Below are positions 33,522-45,458 of a stretch of DNA of 64,000 nt, piece after piece. The stretch lies in NCBI RefSeq assembly GCF_024700885.2, contig NZ_CP117016.1; one strand, given 5' to 3'. Below the pieces are notes generated by a model, which ran no database searches, was not told the origin of the DNA, and saw nothing but the letters and a program-made list of their open reading frames with translations. The position numbers and the translations under genes are program-made. The stretch is from Escherichia coli (GTDB taxonomy: Bacteria; Pseudomonadota; Gammaproteobacteria; Enterobacterales; Enterobacteriaceae). The first letter of the stretch is position 1, and each line of letters begins with the position of its first letter.

Positions 33522-33557
33522 GCCTGATGCGACGCTCACGCGTCTTATCAGGCCTAC
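33522..33557. repeat. REP (repetitive extragenic palindromic) element between cysI and cysH
   Basis: GCCTGATGCGACGCTCACGCGTCTTATCAGGCCTAC, the typical E. coli REP consensus shape. Confidence 0.5.
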
Positions 33558-33573
33558 AAGACCGGGCTGATGG

Positions 33574-35286
33574 TTAATCCCACAAATCGCGCGCCGGATC
33601 GAGCACCGGGCGAATGATGCCCGCACGCACCGTAAAGTCGCCGAAGCCTTCACCCGCTTCGCGCTCTTTCGCCCAGCGCCCTATCAGTTCATCAAGCGAC
33701 GCCAGGATTTCCGGCTCGGTGATGTTTTCTTTATACATCCGTGGGATACGTGTCCCAATGCGGTTGCCGCCAAGATGCAGGTTGTAGCGACCCGGCGCTT
33801 TCCCCACCAGACCCACTTCCGCCAGCATCGCGCGACCACAACCGTTCGGGCAGCCTGTTACACGCATCACGATATGCTCATCGCTGACACCATGTTTCGC
33901 CATTAAATTATCGATGTTGTCGATAAAAGACGGCAGGAAACGCTCCGCTTCCGCCATCGCCAGCGGGCAAGTCGGGAATGACACGCAGGCCATTGAGTTT
34001 TCACGTTGCGGCGTGACGGCATTCATTAACCCGCTTTCTTTGGCGATCTTATCGATCTTCGCTTTCTCGCTTTCCGGCACTCCGGCGATGATCAGATTCT
34101 GGTTCGCCGTAATGCGGAAATCACCTTTGTGGATCTTCGCGATCTCCAGCAGGCCGGTTTTCAGCGGACGCCCAGGATAATCAAGGATACGACCATTTTC
34201 GATAAACAGCGTCAGATGCCAGTTATCATCAATGCCCTTAACCCAGCCAATACGATCGCCGCGTCCGGTGAACTCATACGGGCGGATCGGTTCAAATTTG
34301 ATCCCCGCGCGACGTTCAACTTCCGCTTTAAACGTCTCAACCCCTACGCGCTCCAGCGTGTATTTGGTTTTGGCATTTTTACGATCGGTTCGGTTACCCC
34401 AGTCGCGCTGAGTCGTCACGACGGCTTCTGCCACCGCCAGCGTATGCTCCAGCGGCAGATAACCAAACTCACTCGCCGTGCGGGCATAGGTTTTCTTGTT
34501 GCCGTGCTCGATGGAAAGCCCACCGCCCACCAGCAGGTTAAAGCCCACCAGCTTGCCGTTTTCGGCGATCGCCACGAAGTTCATGTCGTTGGCGTGCAGA
34601 TCGATATCGTTCTGCGGCGGGATCACTACCGTGGTTTTGAACTTACGCGGCAGGTAGGTCTGACCAAGGATCGGCTCTTCATCAGTAGTGGCGACTTTTT
34701 CCTGATCGAGCCAGATCTCCGCATACGCGCGGGTACGTGGCAGCAGATGTTCAGAGATTTTCTTCGCCCATTCATATGCTTCCGCGTGCAACTGCGACTC
34801 GTAAGGGTTCGAAGTGCACAGCACGTTACGGTTCATATCGTTGGCGGTCGCCAGCGCATCAAGACCGACCGAGTGCAGCATCTGGTGCACCGGTTTGACG
34901 TTCTTTTTCAGAATGCCGTGGAACTGGAACGTCTGGCGGTTGGTCAGGCGAATGCTGCCATAGATGGTGTTTTCACCGGCAAATTTATCGATCGCCTGCC
35001 ACTGTTTGGTGGTAATCACCCCACCCGGCAGACGACAGCGCAACAGCATTGCATGACGTGGCTCCAGCTTCTGTTCAGCACGTTCGGCGCGGATGTCGCG
35101 GTCATCCTGCTGATACATGCCGTGGAAGCGGATCAGCAGGAAGTTATCGCCCTTAAAGCCGCCGGTCAGACCGTCGTTTAAATCTTCCGCAATGGTGCCG
35201 CGCAGGTAGTTGCTTTCAAGCTTCATGCGCTCGGCGTCTGTCAGTTTTCCTTCGACCACTAAAGGCCCTGGATGTTTTTCGCTCAT
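33574..35286 (-). CDS. cysI: Sulfite reductase hemoprotein beta subunit
   Basis: 570 aa; K-12 synteny. Confidence 0.9.
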   Translation of the reverse strand: MSEKHPGPLVVEGKLTDAERMKLESNYLRGTIAEDLNDGLTGGFKGDNFLLIRFHGMYQQDDRDIRAERAEQKLEPRHAMLLRCRLPGGVITTKQWQAIDKFAGENTIYGSIRLTNRQTFQFHGILKKNVKPVHQMLHSVGLDALATANDMNRNVLCTSNPYESQLHAEAYEWAKKISEHLLPRTRAYAEIWLDQEKVATTDEEPILGQTYLPRKFKTTVVIPPQNDIDLHANDMNFVAIAENGKLVGFNLLVGGGLSIEHGNKKTYARTASEFGYLPLEHTLAVAEAVVTTQRDWGNRTDRKNAKTKYTLERVGVETFKAEVERRAGIKFEPIRPYEFTGRGDRIGWVKGIDDNWHLTLFIENGRILDYPGRPLKTGLLEIAKIHKGDFRITANQNLIIAGVPESEKAKIDKIAKESGLMNAVTPQRENSMACVSFPTCPLAMAEAERFLPSFIDNIDNLMAKHGVSDEHIVMRVTGCPNGCGRAMLAEVGLVGKAPGRYNLHLGGNRIGTRIPRMYKENITEPEILASLDELIGRWAKEREAGEGFGDFTVRAGIIRPVLDPARDLWD

Positions 35287-37085
35287 TAGTAGACATCTCG
35301 CTGATAACGGCGCTCTACGCGCAGCTCACTTAAAAATTCATCCGCCGCTTCGGTGTCCATGCCACCAAATTCGGCAATCACTTCCAGAAGTGCCTGCTCA
35401 ACGTCTTTCGCCATGCGATTAGCGTCGCCGCAGACATAAATGTGGGCACCGTCATTGATCCAGCGCCACAGCTCCGCGCCCTGTTCGCGCAGTTTGTCTT
35501 GTACATAAACTTTTTCTTTTTGGTCGCGCGACCAGGCAAGATCGATGCGGCTCAATACGCCTTCTTTCACGTAGCGCTGCCACTCCACCTGGTAGAGGAA
35601 ATCTTCCGTAAAGTGCGGGTTGCCAAAGAACAGCCAGTTTTTACCTGGCGCTTCGTCAGCGGCGCGTTGCTGCATAAAGGCGCGGAACGGCGCGATGCCG
35701 GTGCCTGGGCCAATCATAATCACCGGGGTTTCCGGGTTGGCTGGCAGGCGGAAGTTATCGTTATGTTCGATAAAGACGCGGACTTCGCCCTCTTCTTCCA
35801 CGCGATCCGCGAGGAAGCTGGAGGCACCACCGGCACGGGCTCGGCCTTCCACGTCGTAACGCACCACACCAACGGTGACATGTACTTCGTTCTCGACTTC
35901 CGCCTGCGAGGAGGCGATGGAATACAGGCGCGGGGTCAGCGGGCGCAGCAGGTTAATCAGCGCTTCGGCATCCAGTTGCGCCGGAGAGAAACGCACCATG
36001 TCAACAATCGGCGTGGTCGCGGCGTAATGCTGTAACTTCGCTTTATCGCCCACCAGCGGCAGCAGCGTTTCGCTGCGGGTAAGCGTGGCGTAGTTCTCAA
36101 CAATATTCGCGGTGTTGACGGTGAGTTCAAAGTGCCACTGGAGCGCTTCGCTCAGGGTCAGCGTTTTGCCCTCAACGGTGACAGGTTCATCGCCTTTCAG
36201 CCACAGCAGTTCGACAAGTTCTTTCACCAGTGCCGGATCGTTCTGATACCAGATGCCCAGCGCGTCACCCGGCTGATAACGCAGGCCAGAGTCACCTAAG
36301 TCAATTTCGATATGGCGAACGTCTTTTTCAGAGTTACGCCCGGTAATTTTCTGGTTAACCGAAAGGCTCGCCACCAGCGGCGCGTCTTTGCTGTACGGGC
36401 TGGTGTGGATTTCATTTACCGCGCCAGTAGCGACGGATTGCGAAGGTGCCGCGACAGGCGCACGGGACTTCAGAACATCAACCACGCGGGCGCGCCACTC
36501 GCTGGCAGCAGCCTGGTATTCAACGTCGGCATCGACACGGTCGAGCAGGCGTTCACCGCCCAGTTCCGCCAGCTTGCTGTCAAAATCTTTCCCGGACTGG
36601 CAGAAAAATTCATAAGAGCTATCGCCGAGGCTAAACACGGCAAATGCAGTGTTTTCCAGCTTTGGCGCTTTTTTGGAGAACAGGAACTTATGCAGCGCGA
36701 CGGCTTCTTCCGGCGGTTCCCCTTCCCCTTGCGTTGACGTCACCACGATGAGCAGTTTTTCGCTGGCGATTTGTTTGAATTTATAGTCGCCCGCGTTCAC
36801 CAGCTTAACGTTCAGTTTTGCCGCTAATAAATCATCGCGTAATGCTTCAGCAACCCGGCGCGCATTGCCGGTTTGCGAAGCGGAGATAATAGTTATACCC
36901 GGCATTTCTGCGGCGGGCGCAGGCGTCGCTGCAAGCGCTGCAGGCTGCTGGTTGAGTACGCCCCAGAAATAGCCAGAAACCCAGGCAAGCTGGGTGGGAG
37001 TTAAATCGGTCGTGGCCGCCTGAAGGCGTGCCAGTTGCTCCGGGTTCAACGGAAGCAACGCGGAAGGTGGGACCTGTGTCGTCAT
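35286..37085 (-). CDS. cysJ: Sulfite reductase flavoprotein alpha subunit
   Basis: 599 aa, flavodoxin plus FAD/NADPH domains. Confidence 0.9.
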   Translation of the reverse strand: MTTQVPPSALLPLNPEQLARLQAATTDLTPTQLAWVSGYFWGVLNQQPAALAATPAPAAEMPGITIISASQTGNARRVAEALRDDLLAAKLNVKLVNAGDYKFKQIASEKLLIVVTSTQGEGEPPEEAVALHKFLFSKKAPKLENTAFAVFSLGDSSYEFFCQSGKDFDSKLAELGGERLLDRVDADVEYQAAASEWRARVVDVLKSRAPVAAPSQSVATGAVNEIHTSPYSKDAPLVASLSVNQKITGRNSEKDVRHIEIDLGDSGLRYQPGDALGIWYQNDPALVKELVELLWLKGDEPVTVEGKTLTLSEALQWHFELTVNTANIVENYATLTRSETLLPLVGDKAKLQHYAATTPIVDMVRFSPAQLDAEALINLLRPLTPRLYSIASSQAEVENEVHVTVGVVRYDVEGRARAGGASSFLADRVEEEGEVRVFIEHNDNFRLPANPETPVIMIGPGTGIAPFRAFMQQRAADEAPGKNWLFFGNPHFTEDFLYQVEWQRYVKEGVLSRIDLAWSRDQKEKVYVQDKLREQGAELWRWINDGAHIYVCGDANRMAKDVEQALLEVIAEFGGMDTEAADEFLSELRVERRYQRDVY

Positions 37086-37400
37086 GCGTCGTTATGTTCC
37101 AGTAAGCAAAGCTGTTTCTGCGCCCTGTCAGCGCCCATAAAACAGAAGAGAAGGTAAGGTTAACGGGGTGAACGGTGTGGATTAAAGACGGGATAGCGAT
37201 AACTAATAACCAAATCGACTAACCTGTTTTAGCAATAGTCTTTAACAACAAAACAGATTAACCAACCCAATGAAAAACAAATGAAATTAGCCAATCATTA
37301 AGATAAATTAGCGATTTTGCGCAACAAAGTCGTTTTAGATAATGCGAAAAAACAGCCTTTCCGGTACTCTACGGCGGTTTTATCGTCCTGTAGAGAAATT

Positions 37401-37766
37401 ATGATGTCCACCACGTTATTTAAAGATTTCACCTTCGAAGCCGCTCACCGCTTACCACACGTCCCGGAAGGGCATAAATGTGGTCGCCTGCACGGGCATT
37501 CCTTTATGGTGCGACTGGAAATTACCGGGGAAGTCGATCCGCATACGGGCTGGATTATCGATTTCGCTGAACTGAAAGCGGCGTTTAAGCCAACTTATGA
37601 GCGCCTCGATCACCATTATCTCAATGATATTCCAGGTCTGGAAAACCCAACCAGCGAAGTTTTAGCAAAATGGATTTGGGATCAGGTTAAACCGGTTGTT
37701 CCGCTGTTAAGTGCGGTTATGGTGAAAGAAACCTGCACCGCAGGTTGCATCTATCGCGGCGAATGA
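37401..37766 (+). CDS. queD: 6-carboxy-5,6,7,8-tetrahydropterin synthase
   Basis: ORF trimmed to [10 protein letters not shown]... (121 aa). Confidence 0.85.
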   Translation: MMSTTLFKDFTFEAAHRLPHVPEGHKCGRLHGHSFMVRLEITGEVDPHTGWIIDFAELKAAFKPTYERLDHHYLNDIPGLENPTSEVLAKWIWDQVKPVVPLLSAVMVKETCTAGCIYRGE

Positions 37767-37843
37767 TAAGAGTGTGTCGGCGGTCAATTTCCCTTAAGTA
37801 ACGCTATGTTAGGGTGTTGCGCTCTGGATATATGGGGCACGAC

Positions 37844-39115
37844 ATGGAAGACGACTGCGACATTATTATTATCGGTGCCGGCATTGCGGGCACCGCTTGT
37901 GCGTTACGCTGCGCGCGGGCAGGTTTATCCGTTCTGTTACTGGAACGTGCTGAAACCCCTGGCAGCAAAAATCTTTCTGGCGGGCGTTTATACACCCATG
38001 CGCTCGCGGAACTCCTCCCGCAATTTCATCTGACCGCGCCTCTTGAACGACGCATCACTCACGAAAGCCTTTCCCTGTTAACGCCGGATGGCGCAACGAC
38101 GTTTTCCAGCTTACAGCCCGGCGGAGAATCCTGGAGCGTATTACGTGCACGGTTCGATCCGTGGCTGGTTGCCGAAGCCGAAAAAGAAGGTGTCGAATGC
38201 ATCCCTGGTGCGACGGTGGATGCGCTGTATGAAGAAAACGGCAGGGTGTGTGGTGTCATTTGTGGTGACGATATTCTCCGCGCCCGTTATGTGGTGCTGG
38301 CAGAAGGTGCCAACAGCGTCCTGGCTGAGCGTCACGGGTTAGTGACTCGTCCTGCTGGCGAAGCGATGGCGTTGGGGATCAAAGAAGTGCTGGCGCTGGA
38401 AACATCCGCTATTGAAGAACGTTTTCATCTGGAGAATAACGAAGGCGCAGCGTTGCTGTTCAGCGGCGGAATCTGTGATGACTTACCCGGCGGCGCATTT
38501 CTTTATACTAATCAACAAACGCTCTCGTTAGGGATTGTTTGCCCGCTCTCTTCACTTACGCAAAGTCGTGTTCCAGCAAGCGAGCTGCTGGCTCGCTTTA
38601 AAACGCATCCGGCAGTGCACCCGCTTATCAAAAACACGGAATCACTGGAGTATGGTGCGCATCTGGTGCCAGAAGGTGGCTTGCACAGTATGCCAGTGCA
38701 ATACGCCGGTAACGGCTGGCTGCTGGTGGGCGATGCGTTGCGCAGTTGCGTCAATACCGGAATTTCCGTGCGCGGTATGGATATGGCGCTGGCTGGCGCA
38801 CAGGCGGCGGCACAAACGCTGATAAGCGCCTGCCTGCACCGCGAGCCGCAAAATCTGTTTCCGCTTTATCATCACAACGTCGAGCGCAGCCTGCTATGGG
38901 ATGTTCTACAACGTTATCAGCATGTTCCGGCGCTTTTGCAACGACCTGGCTGGTATCGGGCGTGGCCTGCGTTAATGCAGGATATTTCCCGTGATTTATG
39001 GGATCAGGGTGATAAACCTGTTCCGCCGCTGCGCCAGTTATTCTGGCGTCATTTACGTCGTCACGGCCTGTGGCATCTGGCGGGCGATGTTATCAGGAGT
39101 CTGCGATGTCTGTAG
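37844..39115 (+). CDS. ygcN: FAD-dependent oxidoreductase (ETF-QO/FixC-like)
   Basis: Trimmed to MEDDCDIIIIGAGIAG... (423 aa), Rossmann FAD motif. Confidence 0.8.
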   Translation: MEDDCDIIIIGAGIAGTACALRCARAGLSVLLLERAETPGSKNLSGGRLYTHALAELLPQFHLTAPLERRITHESLSLLTPDGATTFSSLQPGGESWSVLRARFDPWLVAEAEKEGVECIPGATVDALYEENGRVCGVICGDDILRARYVVLAEGANSVLAERHGLVTRPAGEAMALGIKEVLALETSAIEERFHLENNEGAALLFSGGICDDLPGGAFLYTNQQTLSLGIVCPLSSLTQSRVPASELLARFKTHPAVHPLIKNTESLEYGAHLVPEGGLHSMPVQYAGNGWLLVGDALRSCVNTGISVRGMDMALAGAQAAAQTLISACLHREPQNLFPLYHHNVERSLLWDVLQRYQHVPALLQRPGWYRAWPALMQDISRDLWDQGDKPVPPLRQLFWRHLRRHGLWHLAGDVIRSLRCL

Positions 39116-39366
39116 CCCGTAATCTCTGGCGCGTTGCCGATGCGCCGCACATTGTTCCGGCTGACTCCGTTGAGCGCCAGACGGTACAACGGTTGATTAA
39201 CGCTTGTCCGGCTGGTCTTTTTTCGCTCACACCGGAAGGTGATTTACGCGTTGATTATCGCGGCTGCCTGGAGTGTGGCACCTGCCGTTTGCTGTGCGAC
39301 GAATCAACACTACAACAGTGGCGCTATCCGCCTTCCGGATTCGGCATCACCTACCGTTTTGGATAA
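39106..39366 (+). CDS. ygcO: Ferredoxin-like protein (FixX-like)
   Basis: Trimmed to MSVARNLW... (86 aa); cysteine motif CLECGTCRLLC. Confidence 0.75.
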   Translation: MSVARNLWRVADAPHIVPADSVERQTVQRLINACPAGLFSLTPEGDLRVDYRGCLECGTCRLLCDESTLQQWRYPPSGFGITYRFG

Positions 39367-39382
39367 ATAATAAGGATAATTT

Positions 39383-39958
39383 ATGCCCCTCTTACACCTG
39401 CTCCGCCAGAATCCGGTGATTGCTGCCGTTAAAGATAATGCCAGCCTGCAACTGGCAATCGACTCTGAATGCCAGTTTATTTCCGTGTTGTACGGCAATA
39501 TCTGCACCATTAGTCAAATCGTTAAAAAGATTAAAAATGCCGGAAAATATGCTTTTATTCATGTTGATTTGCTGGAAGGCGCGTCAAATAAAGAAGTGGT
39601 GATTCAGTTTTTGAAACTGGTGACAGAGGCGGACGGAATTATCAGTACCAAAGCCTCAATGCTGAAAGCAGCAAGAGCGGAAGGTTTTTTCTGTATTCAT
39701 CGCCTGTTTATTGTTGATTCAATTTCGTTTCACAACATTGATAAGCAAGTTGCGCAATCGAATCCGGATTGTATTGAGATCCTGCCAGGCTGTATGCCCA
39801 AAGTGCTGGGCTGGGTGACGGAGAAAATCCGCCAACCGCTGATTGCTGGCGGGCTGGTGTGCGATGAAGAAGATGCGCGTAATGCGATTAACGCAGGTGT
39901 CGTGGCGCTTTCCACCACGAATACCGGGGTCTGGACGCTAGCGAAAAAATTGCTTTGA
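39383..39958 (+). CDS. ygcP: GlpP-family glycerol-3-phosphate-responsive antiterminator-like protein
   Basis: 191 aa; K-12 synteny. Confidence 0.8.
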   Translation: MPLLHLLRQNPVIAAVKDNASLQLAIDSECQFISVLYGNICTISQIVKKIKNAGKYAFIHVDLLEGASNKEVVIQFLKLVTEADGIISTKASMLKAARAEGFFCIHRLFIVDSISFHNIDKQVAQSNPDCIEILPGCMPKVLGWVTEKIRQPLIAGGLVCDEEDARNAINAGVVALSTTNTGVWTLAKKLL

Positions 39959-39989
39959 CGGGATAATCGTAACGAATTGAATTTGTGTG

Positions 39990-40062
39990 ATTTGTAGGCT
40001 GCACGCCACATCCGACATTCAGCGCCTGATGCGACGCTTGACGCGTCTTATCAGGCCTACAA
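39990..40062. repeat. REP/BIME palindromic element between ygcP and ygcQ
   Basis: GCCTGATGCGACGCTTGACGCGTCTTATCAGGCCTAC preceded by a second REP-like arm. Confidence 0.45.
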
Positions 40063-40104
40063 GTCCCCAGCCCAGAACCGTAGGCAGGATCATCCGGCAA
40101 CACG

Positions 40105-40965
40105 TTATTGGCAATCTGCGTGAATGTTTGTCACCAGTGCCTCCAGCACCACTTTCCAGTCATCAACCACGCCAACATCTGCCTGTGAAAATACCGCTGC
40201 GCTGGCGTCATGATTAATCGCCACCACAAACTTGCTATTGCGTACGCCCGCCATTAACGCTGCTGCGCCGGAAGCGCCAACAACAATACACACCTCAGGT
40301 GCCAGCAGATGTCCGGAAATACCAATCACTTTTTCAGCATCAACGCCACCGTTCATCACTCGCGCCCGACTGTAGCCCACTTCGGCTCCCAGCTTTTCTG
40401 CCAGCATAGCGATTTCCTGGTTATCTGCCTCTCCGCCCTGCCCCACCACCAGCACCCGTCTGGCTTCAGCTAATGGGTCGCGGGTAACATTTTTCAGGTT
40501 TTCTATGCTAACCAGCCAGTCGGGAAGCGCACCTGGGACAATGTTCAGTTGCTGCATACCAGAGGGCAACGTGGCGTTTTTATCTGCTCCCGCCTGACGT
40601 GCCAGCGAAAGGCATAGCGGGCGTTTTTCTGTTTGCAGCGTCGCCGTTAGCGCATTTCCCCAGTGGGATTTGCGCACGCTTACGGTTGGAATATCTAACG
40701 AAGTCACCTGGCAGATGCTTGCACCATGTAAACGCCAGGCCAGCCGGGTCGACAGTTCATCGCCAAACGTTCCCGGCGGAAAGAGAACAACGTCCGCTGG
40801 CGTTCGCTGCCACTGTTCCACCAGCGCATCCAGCACCTGTTCCGCCACTACGGGCTGAGGTTCAATATGCCAGTGTGCCAGGGTACAACCGCTGAAATCC
40901 TGTTCTGCCAGCCAGCTCGCTATTGCGGCATTCTCCTGATTTATTGTCACAATTGCGATATTCAT
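40105..40965 (-). CDS. ygcQ: Electron transfer flavoprotein alpha-subunit-like protein
   Basis: Trimmed to MNIAIVTINQ... (286 aa); ATGA overlap with ygcR. Confidence 0.8.
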   Translation of the reverse strand: MNIAIVTINQENAAIASWLAEQDFSGCTLAHWHIEPQPVVAEQVLDALVEQWQRTPADVVLFPPGTFGDELSTRLAWRLHGASICQVTSLDIPTVSVRKSHWGNALTATLQTEKRPLCLSLARQAGADKNATLPSGMQQLNIVPGALPDWLVSIENLKNVTRDPLAEARRVLVVGQGGEADNQEIAMLAEKLGAEVGYSRARVMNGGVDAEKVIGISGHLLAPEVCIVVGASGAAALMAGVRNSKFVVAINHDASAAVFSQADVGVVDDWKVVLEALVTNIHADCQ

Positions 40966-41741
40966 GGCTGCATCCTTTGGCGTAAATAGTCCTGCCATAG
41001 CTTTTGCGCTTTTTCTGCTACCGTTTGCCCATCAATCAGCGTCGCTCCGCGTTGTTGCTCTGCTCTTGCCAGTTGCAGACACTGCATCGCTGGCGATTCG
41101 GCAGCAACAGTTTTACGGATAATTTCTGCTTTCCCCGCCGCCATACGCTGGCGCATTCCCGGTACTGGCAAGGCCACTTCACCGCACTGACGCACGGCAA
41201 TCACCGCAGGCAAGCGAACCCGGCAACAGCGCAGCCCGTTTTCAGTACGCTGTTCGAGGGTGATAAACGGCGCGTCGAGAGTAAAACGCTCCACCTGGGT
41301 GAAGCAGGGCCAGCCCAGCATTTCCGCCAGCAAAAATGGCGTTTGCCCATTCTGCCCTTCGCTGCTTTGGCAGCCGGTAATTATCAGATCCAGCGGATTC
41401 TGACGCTGCCATTCGGCAATATGGCGAGCGACAAATTCCGGCGCAAAGCGCAGATCTGCCGCCGTCTCCAGCAATACAGCTTCCTCAAACCCAAGCGCCA
41501 TGAGATAGCGCAGCCAGTGCAACGCCCGTTCATCCCCCATGCTCAACGCGGTTAAGGACATCGACGTACCGTTTTTTCTCTGCGCCAACAGCAGCGCGGC
41601 GGCAGCCTGTTCATCAGCACCGAGTAAACTTCGCAGAAGCGAAACATCCGGTCCGCTATTACCCTGAGCCGCCGCCTGCCACTCTTTTTCCGCCAGCATT
41701 CCGGCATCCGGTTCGGCTTTAAACGCTAACAGAATGTTCAT
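40962..41741 (-). CDS. ygcR: Electron transfer flavoprotein beta-subunit-like protein
   Basis: 259 aa from MNILLAFKAEPD. Confidence 0.8.
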   Translation of the reverse strand: MNILLAFKAEPDAGMLAEKEWQAAAQGNSGPDVSLLRSLLGADEQAAAALLLAQRKNGTSMSLTALSMGDERALHWLRYLMALGFEEAVLLETAADLRFAPEFVARHIAEWQRQNPLDLIITGCQSSEGQNGQTPFLLAEMLGWPCFTQVERFTLDAPFITLEQRTENGLRCCRVRLPAVIAVRQCGEVALPVPGMRQRMAAGKAEIIRKTVAAESPAMQCLQLARAEQQRGATLIDGQTVAEKAQKLWQDYLRQRMQP

Positions 41742-43056
41742 TCGCACCTCCTACATTTCCCGCCGCCACCAGCGGGAGTGCTTTGGTTTCTGGTGCCCAT
41801 AGCCAGGTCACAACAAAACCAACCAACAACACTGCCGCCAGGAGCATTAAGGTGACTTGCATTCCCCACTGCGCCAGCACCCACGGCAGCAGGCCAGTAC
41901 TTACCGCCGCCCCCAACCGACTCATGGCGGTGGCAAAACCGACGCCCAGCGAGCGAATGTCAGTAGGAAAACTTTCCGCAGGCAAAATGCCCACCAGATT
42001 ACTGACTGCCGAAATGGTGGTGCTGAAGAGAACAAAAAGCAGCAGCGTTAATGAACTGCCGGAAGGCAAACAAGCCATCACTACCAGCGTTGCCGCCAGC
42101 AGCAAAAAACTTCCCAGCAAAAATTTGCGATGTGCCAGCAGGTGCGTCAGAACTAATCCCAGCAGCGCACCCACAATTAACAACGCATTAAGCATCAGGC
42201 TAGCGGTCAACGCATCTTCCAGACCAATAGTCTGGGCGATAGTTGGCAGCCAGGTATAAATCACAAACCATGGGATTACGAGGCAGACAAAGAAGACGCT
42301 GTTAAACGCCGTGCGCCGCCAGTAGCGCGAAGAGAACAAGGTTTTGATGTGTTTATGGGTCGCCGTTGCCACTTCATCGCCCAGTAAAACATGGGGACCA
42401 AAATAGCGATGCACGATAGCGTGAGCTTCTGCAAAACGCCCCTGCCGCAGTAGCCAGCGTGGCGATTCTGGCGTTCCCCAGCGTAATAACGTAATCAACA
42501 ATGCGGGCAGAGCTGCCGATGCCAGCAGCCAGCGCCAGGCCTCCGGGCTTTCGCTAATAAAGTGATGTCCGGCAATACTTGCCAGCACATAGCCTACGGT
42601 CCACACCACGCTGAATGCGCCCAGCAAAATACCGCGATGGCGGCGCGGAGAAAATTCAGCCAGCAAGGTGTGGCCTACTGAGTAATCGCCTCCCAGACCA
42701 ATGCCGATCAAAATGCGCAGTCCAATAAGATGCTCTGGCGTGGTGGCAAAAAATTGTAAGAACGAAGCGAGCGTAATCAGCAAAAAGCTGAAGGTGAAGA
42801 TTTTTTGCCGACCAATATGGTCGGAGATCCACCCCAAAACCAGGCTACCGATAAACAGGCCAAGTAGCGCCGAGCCGCCAATCATTCCCGCCATAAACGG
42901 CGTCAGTTGCATGGCGGGTGTAAGCTGAATAATGGCGTAACCAATGACGCCGAGAACATAACCGTCGGTCAGGTGCGCGCCGAAAGTGAGCGCAGCAATT
43001 CGACAGTGAAAACGGTTAAGCGGTAAATCATCCATTCGCACCGGTGAAGTGTTCAT
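41719..43056 (-). CDS. ygcS: MFS transporter
   Basis: Trimmed to MNTSPVRMDD... (445 aa). Confidence 0.8.
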   Translation of the reverse strand: MNTSPVRMDDLPLNRFHCRIAALTFGAHLTDGYVLGVIGYAIIQLTPAMQLTPFMAGMIGGSALLGLFIGSLVLGWISDHIGRQKIFTFSFLLITLASFLQFFATTPEHLIGLRILIGIGLGGDYSVGHTLLAEFSPRRHRGILLGAFSVVWTVGYVLASIAGHHFISESPEAWRWLLASAALPALLITLLRWGTPESPRWLLRQGRFAEAHAIVHRYFGPHVLLGDEVATATHKHIKTLFSSRYWRRTAFNSVFFVCLVIPWFVIYTWLPTIAQTIGLEDALTASLMLNALLIVGALLGLVLTHLLAHRKFLLGSFLLLAATLVVMACLPSGSSLTLLLFVLFSTTISAVSNLVGILPAESFPTDIRSLGVGFATAMSRLGAAVSTGLLPWVLAQWGMQVTLMLLAAVLLVGFVVTWLWAPETKALPLVAAGNVGGANEHSVSV

Positions 43057-43148
43057 CTTTACCCCTTCATTGTCCGGTAATAAGAACGGCTTCTCGCCTG
43101 AGAAGCCGAAAAGGCAACGCCCCTCATAGCGGAACGCTGCCTCACACA

Positions 43149-44603
43149 TTATTTTTCAATCGGATAGATAGTACCCGTATTCATAATGCCGTTAGGATCG
43201 AACTGTTTTTTCAGACCTTCCAGCAACGTCCACGCGCTGCCGTGTTCCAGTTTGCTCCAGTGAACGCGATGTTTACCAATACCGTGGTGGTGCACCATCG
43301 AACCGCCGAGGCGAATGGTTTCTTCGCAGATGATTTTGTTGAGCGGATTGTGGTACTTGTCGATTTCCTCTTCCGGCTTACAGTCGACAACGTTGTAGTC
43401 GTAAACGAAGTACATGTTGGTGCCGTTCTGGTAGCTGTGAGAGGAGTGACCGCCCAGCATGGTGATGTCGTCGGCGTGCGGGAACTCGGTACGAATACGG
43501 TTAATAACGCTTTCGTAGATTTCGTGGATGCAGCTCCAGCAGCCGGACACTTCGGTGGTAAAGCCCATGTTGCCGGTTTTGAGGATCTGCACACGTTCAG
43601 CGGCCACTTTATCCGGCCCCCAGTTCAGGTGATTAAACCAGGTTTCGATCAGCTTGCTGTCCACTCGCTGGCATTGCGGGTAACGTGCCACGATTTCCGC
43701 AATCCCTTCGCCTGTCGCCTTCGCAATGCGAGGGTTACCTTCAGCCATAAAGATCAGCACACATTTACCATCGGCAAAATGGGTGAAGTGTTGGGTGCCA
43801 TCTTCAGCGTCATACAAACGAGCGATCGACGGACGATACCCTTCCACCATGATTTCACGCAGGATGTTGAAGCCGGTTTTCATGTCTTCCAGGATATAGC
43901 CGTAGAAGAGGTTGTTTTCCGGGGTGAACTTAAAGATTTTCACAGTTACTTCAGTGATATAGCACAATGCACCTTCGTTGCCGATGATGATGTGACGAAT
44001 GTCCGGGCCTGCCGCGCGGCGTGGTACGTTTTTAATGCGTGTTACGGTGCCATCAGCCAATACTGCTTCCAGACCAACGACCATATCTTCGATTGCGCCG
44101 TAGAGTGTGGAGAACTGCCCGATACTGCGGGTTGCTACCAGGCCGCCCATCTGCGCCAGCGGCTTTGACTGCGGAGAATGCCCCGTGGTGTAACCTTTTT
44201 CACGCAACGCGTTTTCCAGCACCTCCAGCGGAACGCCACATTGCGCCGTCGCCTGCATATTCTCAATATCAATATTAATGATTTGATTCATGGCGGAGCC
44301 GTCGAGCACCACCGAGTTTTCCACAACGGTTTCCAGCCCACCTTCAGTGGCGGAAGCGCCGGTACGCGGCACACCGTTAATTTTGTGCGCATTCATAAAA
44401 TTCAGCACACGGGAGACTTGTTCTGTGGAACCGAGTTTTACGACCGCTGCCGGAATCGGCAAAGTATAAATACCATGAATATCCGGAAATTTACGAAAAC
44501 GGTCAATACTGTTTTTCTTTAATACTGTTTCATCGGTAATTACGCGATCTGCACCAACAATTTCCTTTAGCTGGTCGACAATCGCTGCGCGAGATAAAGA
44601 CAT
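43149..44603 (-). CDS. ygcU: FAD-linked oxidase (alkyl-DHAP synthase-like)
   Basis: 484 aa; K-12 synteny. Confidence 0.8.
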   Translation of the reverse strand: MSLSRAAIVDQLKEIVGADRVITDETVLKKNSIDRFRKFPDIHGIYTLPIPAAVVKLGSTEQVSRVLNFMNAHKINGVPRTGASATEGGLETVVENSVVLDGSAMNQIINIDIENMQATAQCGVPLEVLENALREKGYTTGHSPQSKPLAQMGGLVATRSIGQFSTLYGAIEDMVVGLEAVLADGTVTRIKNVPRRAAGPDIRHIIIGNEGALCYITEVTVKIFKFTPENNLFYGYILEDMKTGFNILREIMVEGYRPSIARLYDAEDGTQHFTHFADGKCVLIFMAEGNPRIAKATGEGIAEIVARYPQCQRVDSKLIETWFNHLNWGPDKVAAERVQILKTGNMGFTTEVSGCWSCIHEIYESVINRIRTEFPHADDITMLGGHSSHSYQNGTNMYFVYDYNVVDCKPEEEIDKYHNPLNKIICEETIRLGGSMVHHHGIGKHRVHWSKLEHGSAWTLLEGLKKQFDPNGIMNTGTIYPIEK

Positions 44604-44672
44604 AGTAATTCCTTCCTGATAATAAAAATGGAATAATCATTAATAAGAGAAAACAGAAACCACCGTTATGGA

Positions 44673-45458
44673 TTAGCGCACTAAATAACCGCCATCGACC
44701 ACTAATAAATGCCCGTTAACATAATTTGAAGCCGGACTTGCGAGGAATACGGCTGCGCCCATTAAATCCTGAGTATCGCCCCAACGGTTTGCCGGAATAT
44801 GATCAAGAACGCGCTGGTTAGTTTCTGGATTACTACGGGTCGCCAGAGTGATATCGGTAGCGTAATATCCCGGGGCAATACCATTCACCTGAATATTATA
44901 TTGACCTAATTCATCGCAATAGGCTTTGGTGAATCCGGCAAGAGCATGTTTAGTGGCAGAATAAGCAGGTGACCATTGTCCACCTAAGTAAGAGAACAAT
45001 GAACAGATATTAATGATTTTACCGCTTTTCTGCGGGATCATAATTTTTGCAGCTTCATAGCTTAACTCGAATGCGGCGGTCAGGTTCACATCAATCATTG
45101 GATCCCAGTCGGCACGACCGAAGTCCAGCACCTTATTCAGCTTACAAATACCGGCATTGTTAACCAGAATATCGACGGTACCGAAACGTTCGCAACAGGC
45201 GGCGATTATCTTCTGCGGCGCGCCTTTTGCGGTGATATCCACCTGCATGAAGTCTACTTCAACACCCTGTTTTTCAATCATTTCCTTTGTTTCGCCGTTA
45301 TCTTTGACGAAGCTTGGAATAAAGATATTTGCGCCTGCTTTGGCCAGCGCCATGGCAAATGCCTGGCCTAAACCGCTATTCCCGCCGGTAACAATTGCGG
45401 TTTTACCTTTCAGGGAGAAAAAATCCATTGAGAACGCATTGAGAGATTCGATTGACAT
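44673..45458 (-). CDS. ygcW: Short-chain dehydrogenase/reductase
   Basis: Trimmed to MSIESLNAF... (261 aa), GGNSGLG Rossmann motif. Confidence 0.8.
   Translation of the reverse strand: MSIESLNAFSMDFFSLKGKTAIVTGGNSGLGQAFAMALAKAGANIFIPSFVKDNGETKEMIEKQGVEVDFMQVDITAKGAPQKIIAACCERFGTVDILVNNAGICKLNKVLDFGRADWDPMIDVNLTAAFELSYEAAKIMIPQKSGKIINICSLFSYLGGQWSPAYSATKHALAGFTKAYCDELGQYNIQVNGIAPGYYATDITLATRSNPETNQRVLDHIPANRWGDTQDLMGAAVFLASPASNYVNGHLLVVDGGYLVR

Noticed and set aside
34129-35181. 350-aa plus-strand ORF antisense to cysI
   Set aside because: Shadow ORF inside cysI.
43044-44168. 374-aa plus-strand ORF antisense to ygcU
   Set aside because: Shadow ORF; ygcU on the minus strand is the recognisable FAD oxidase.
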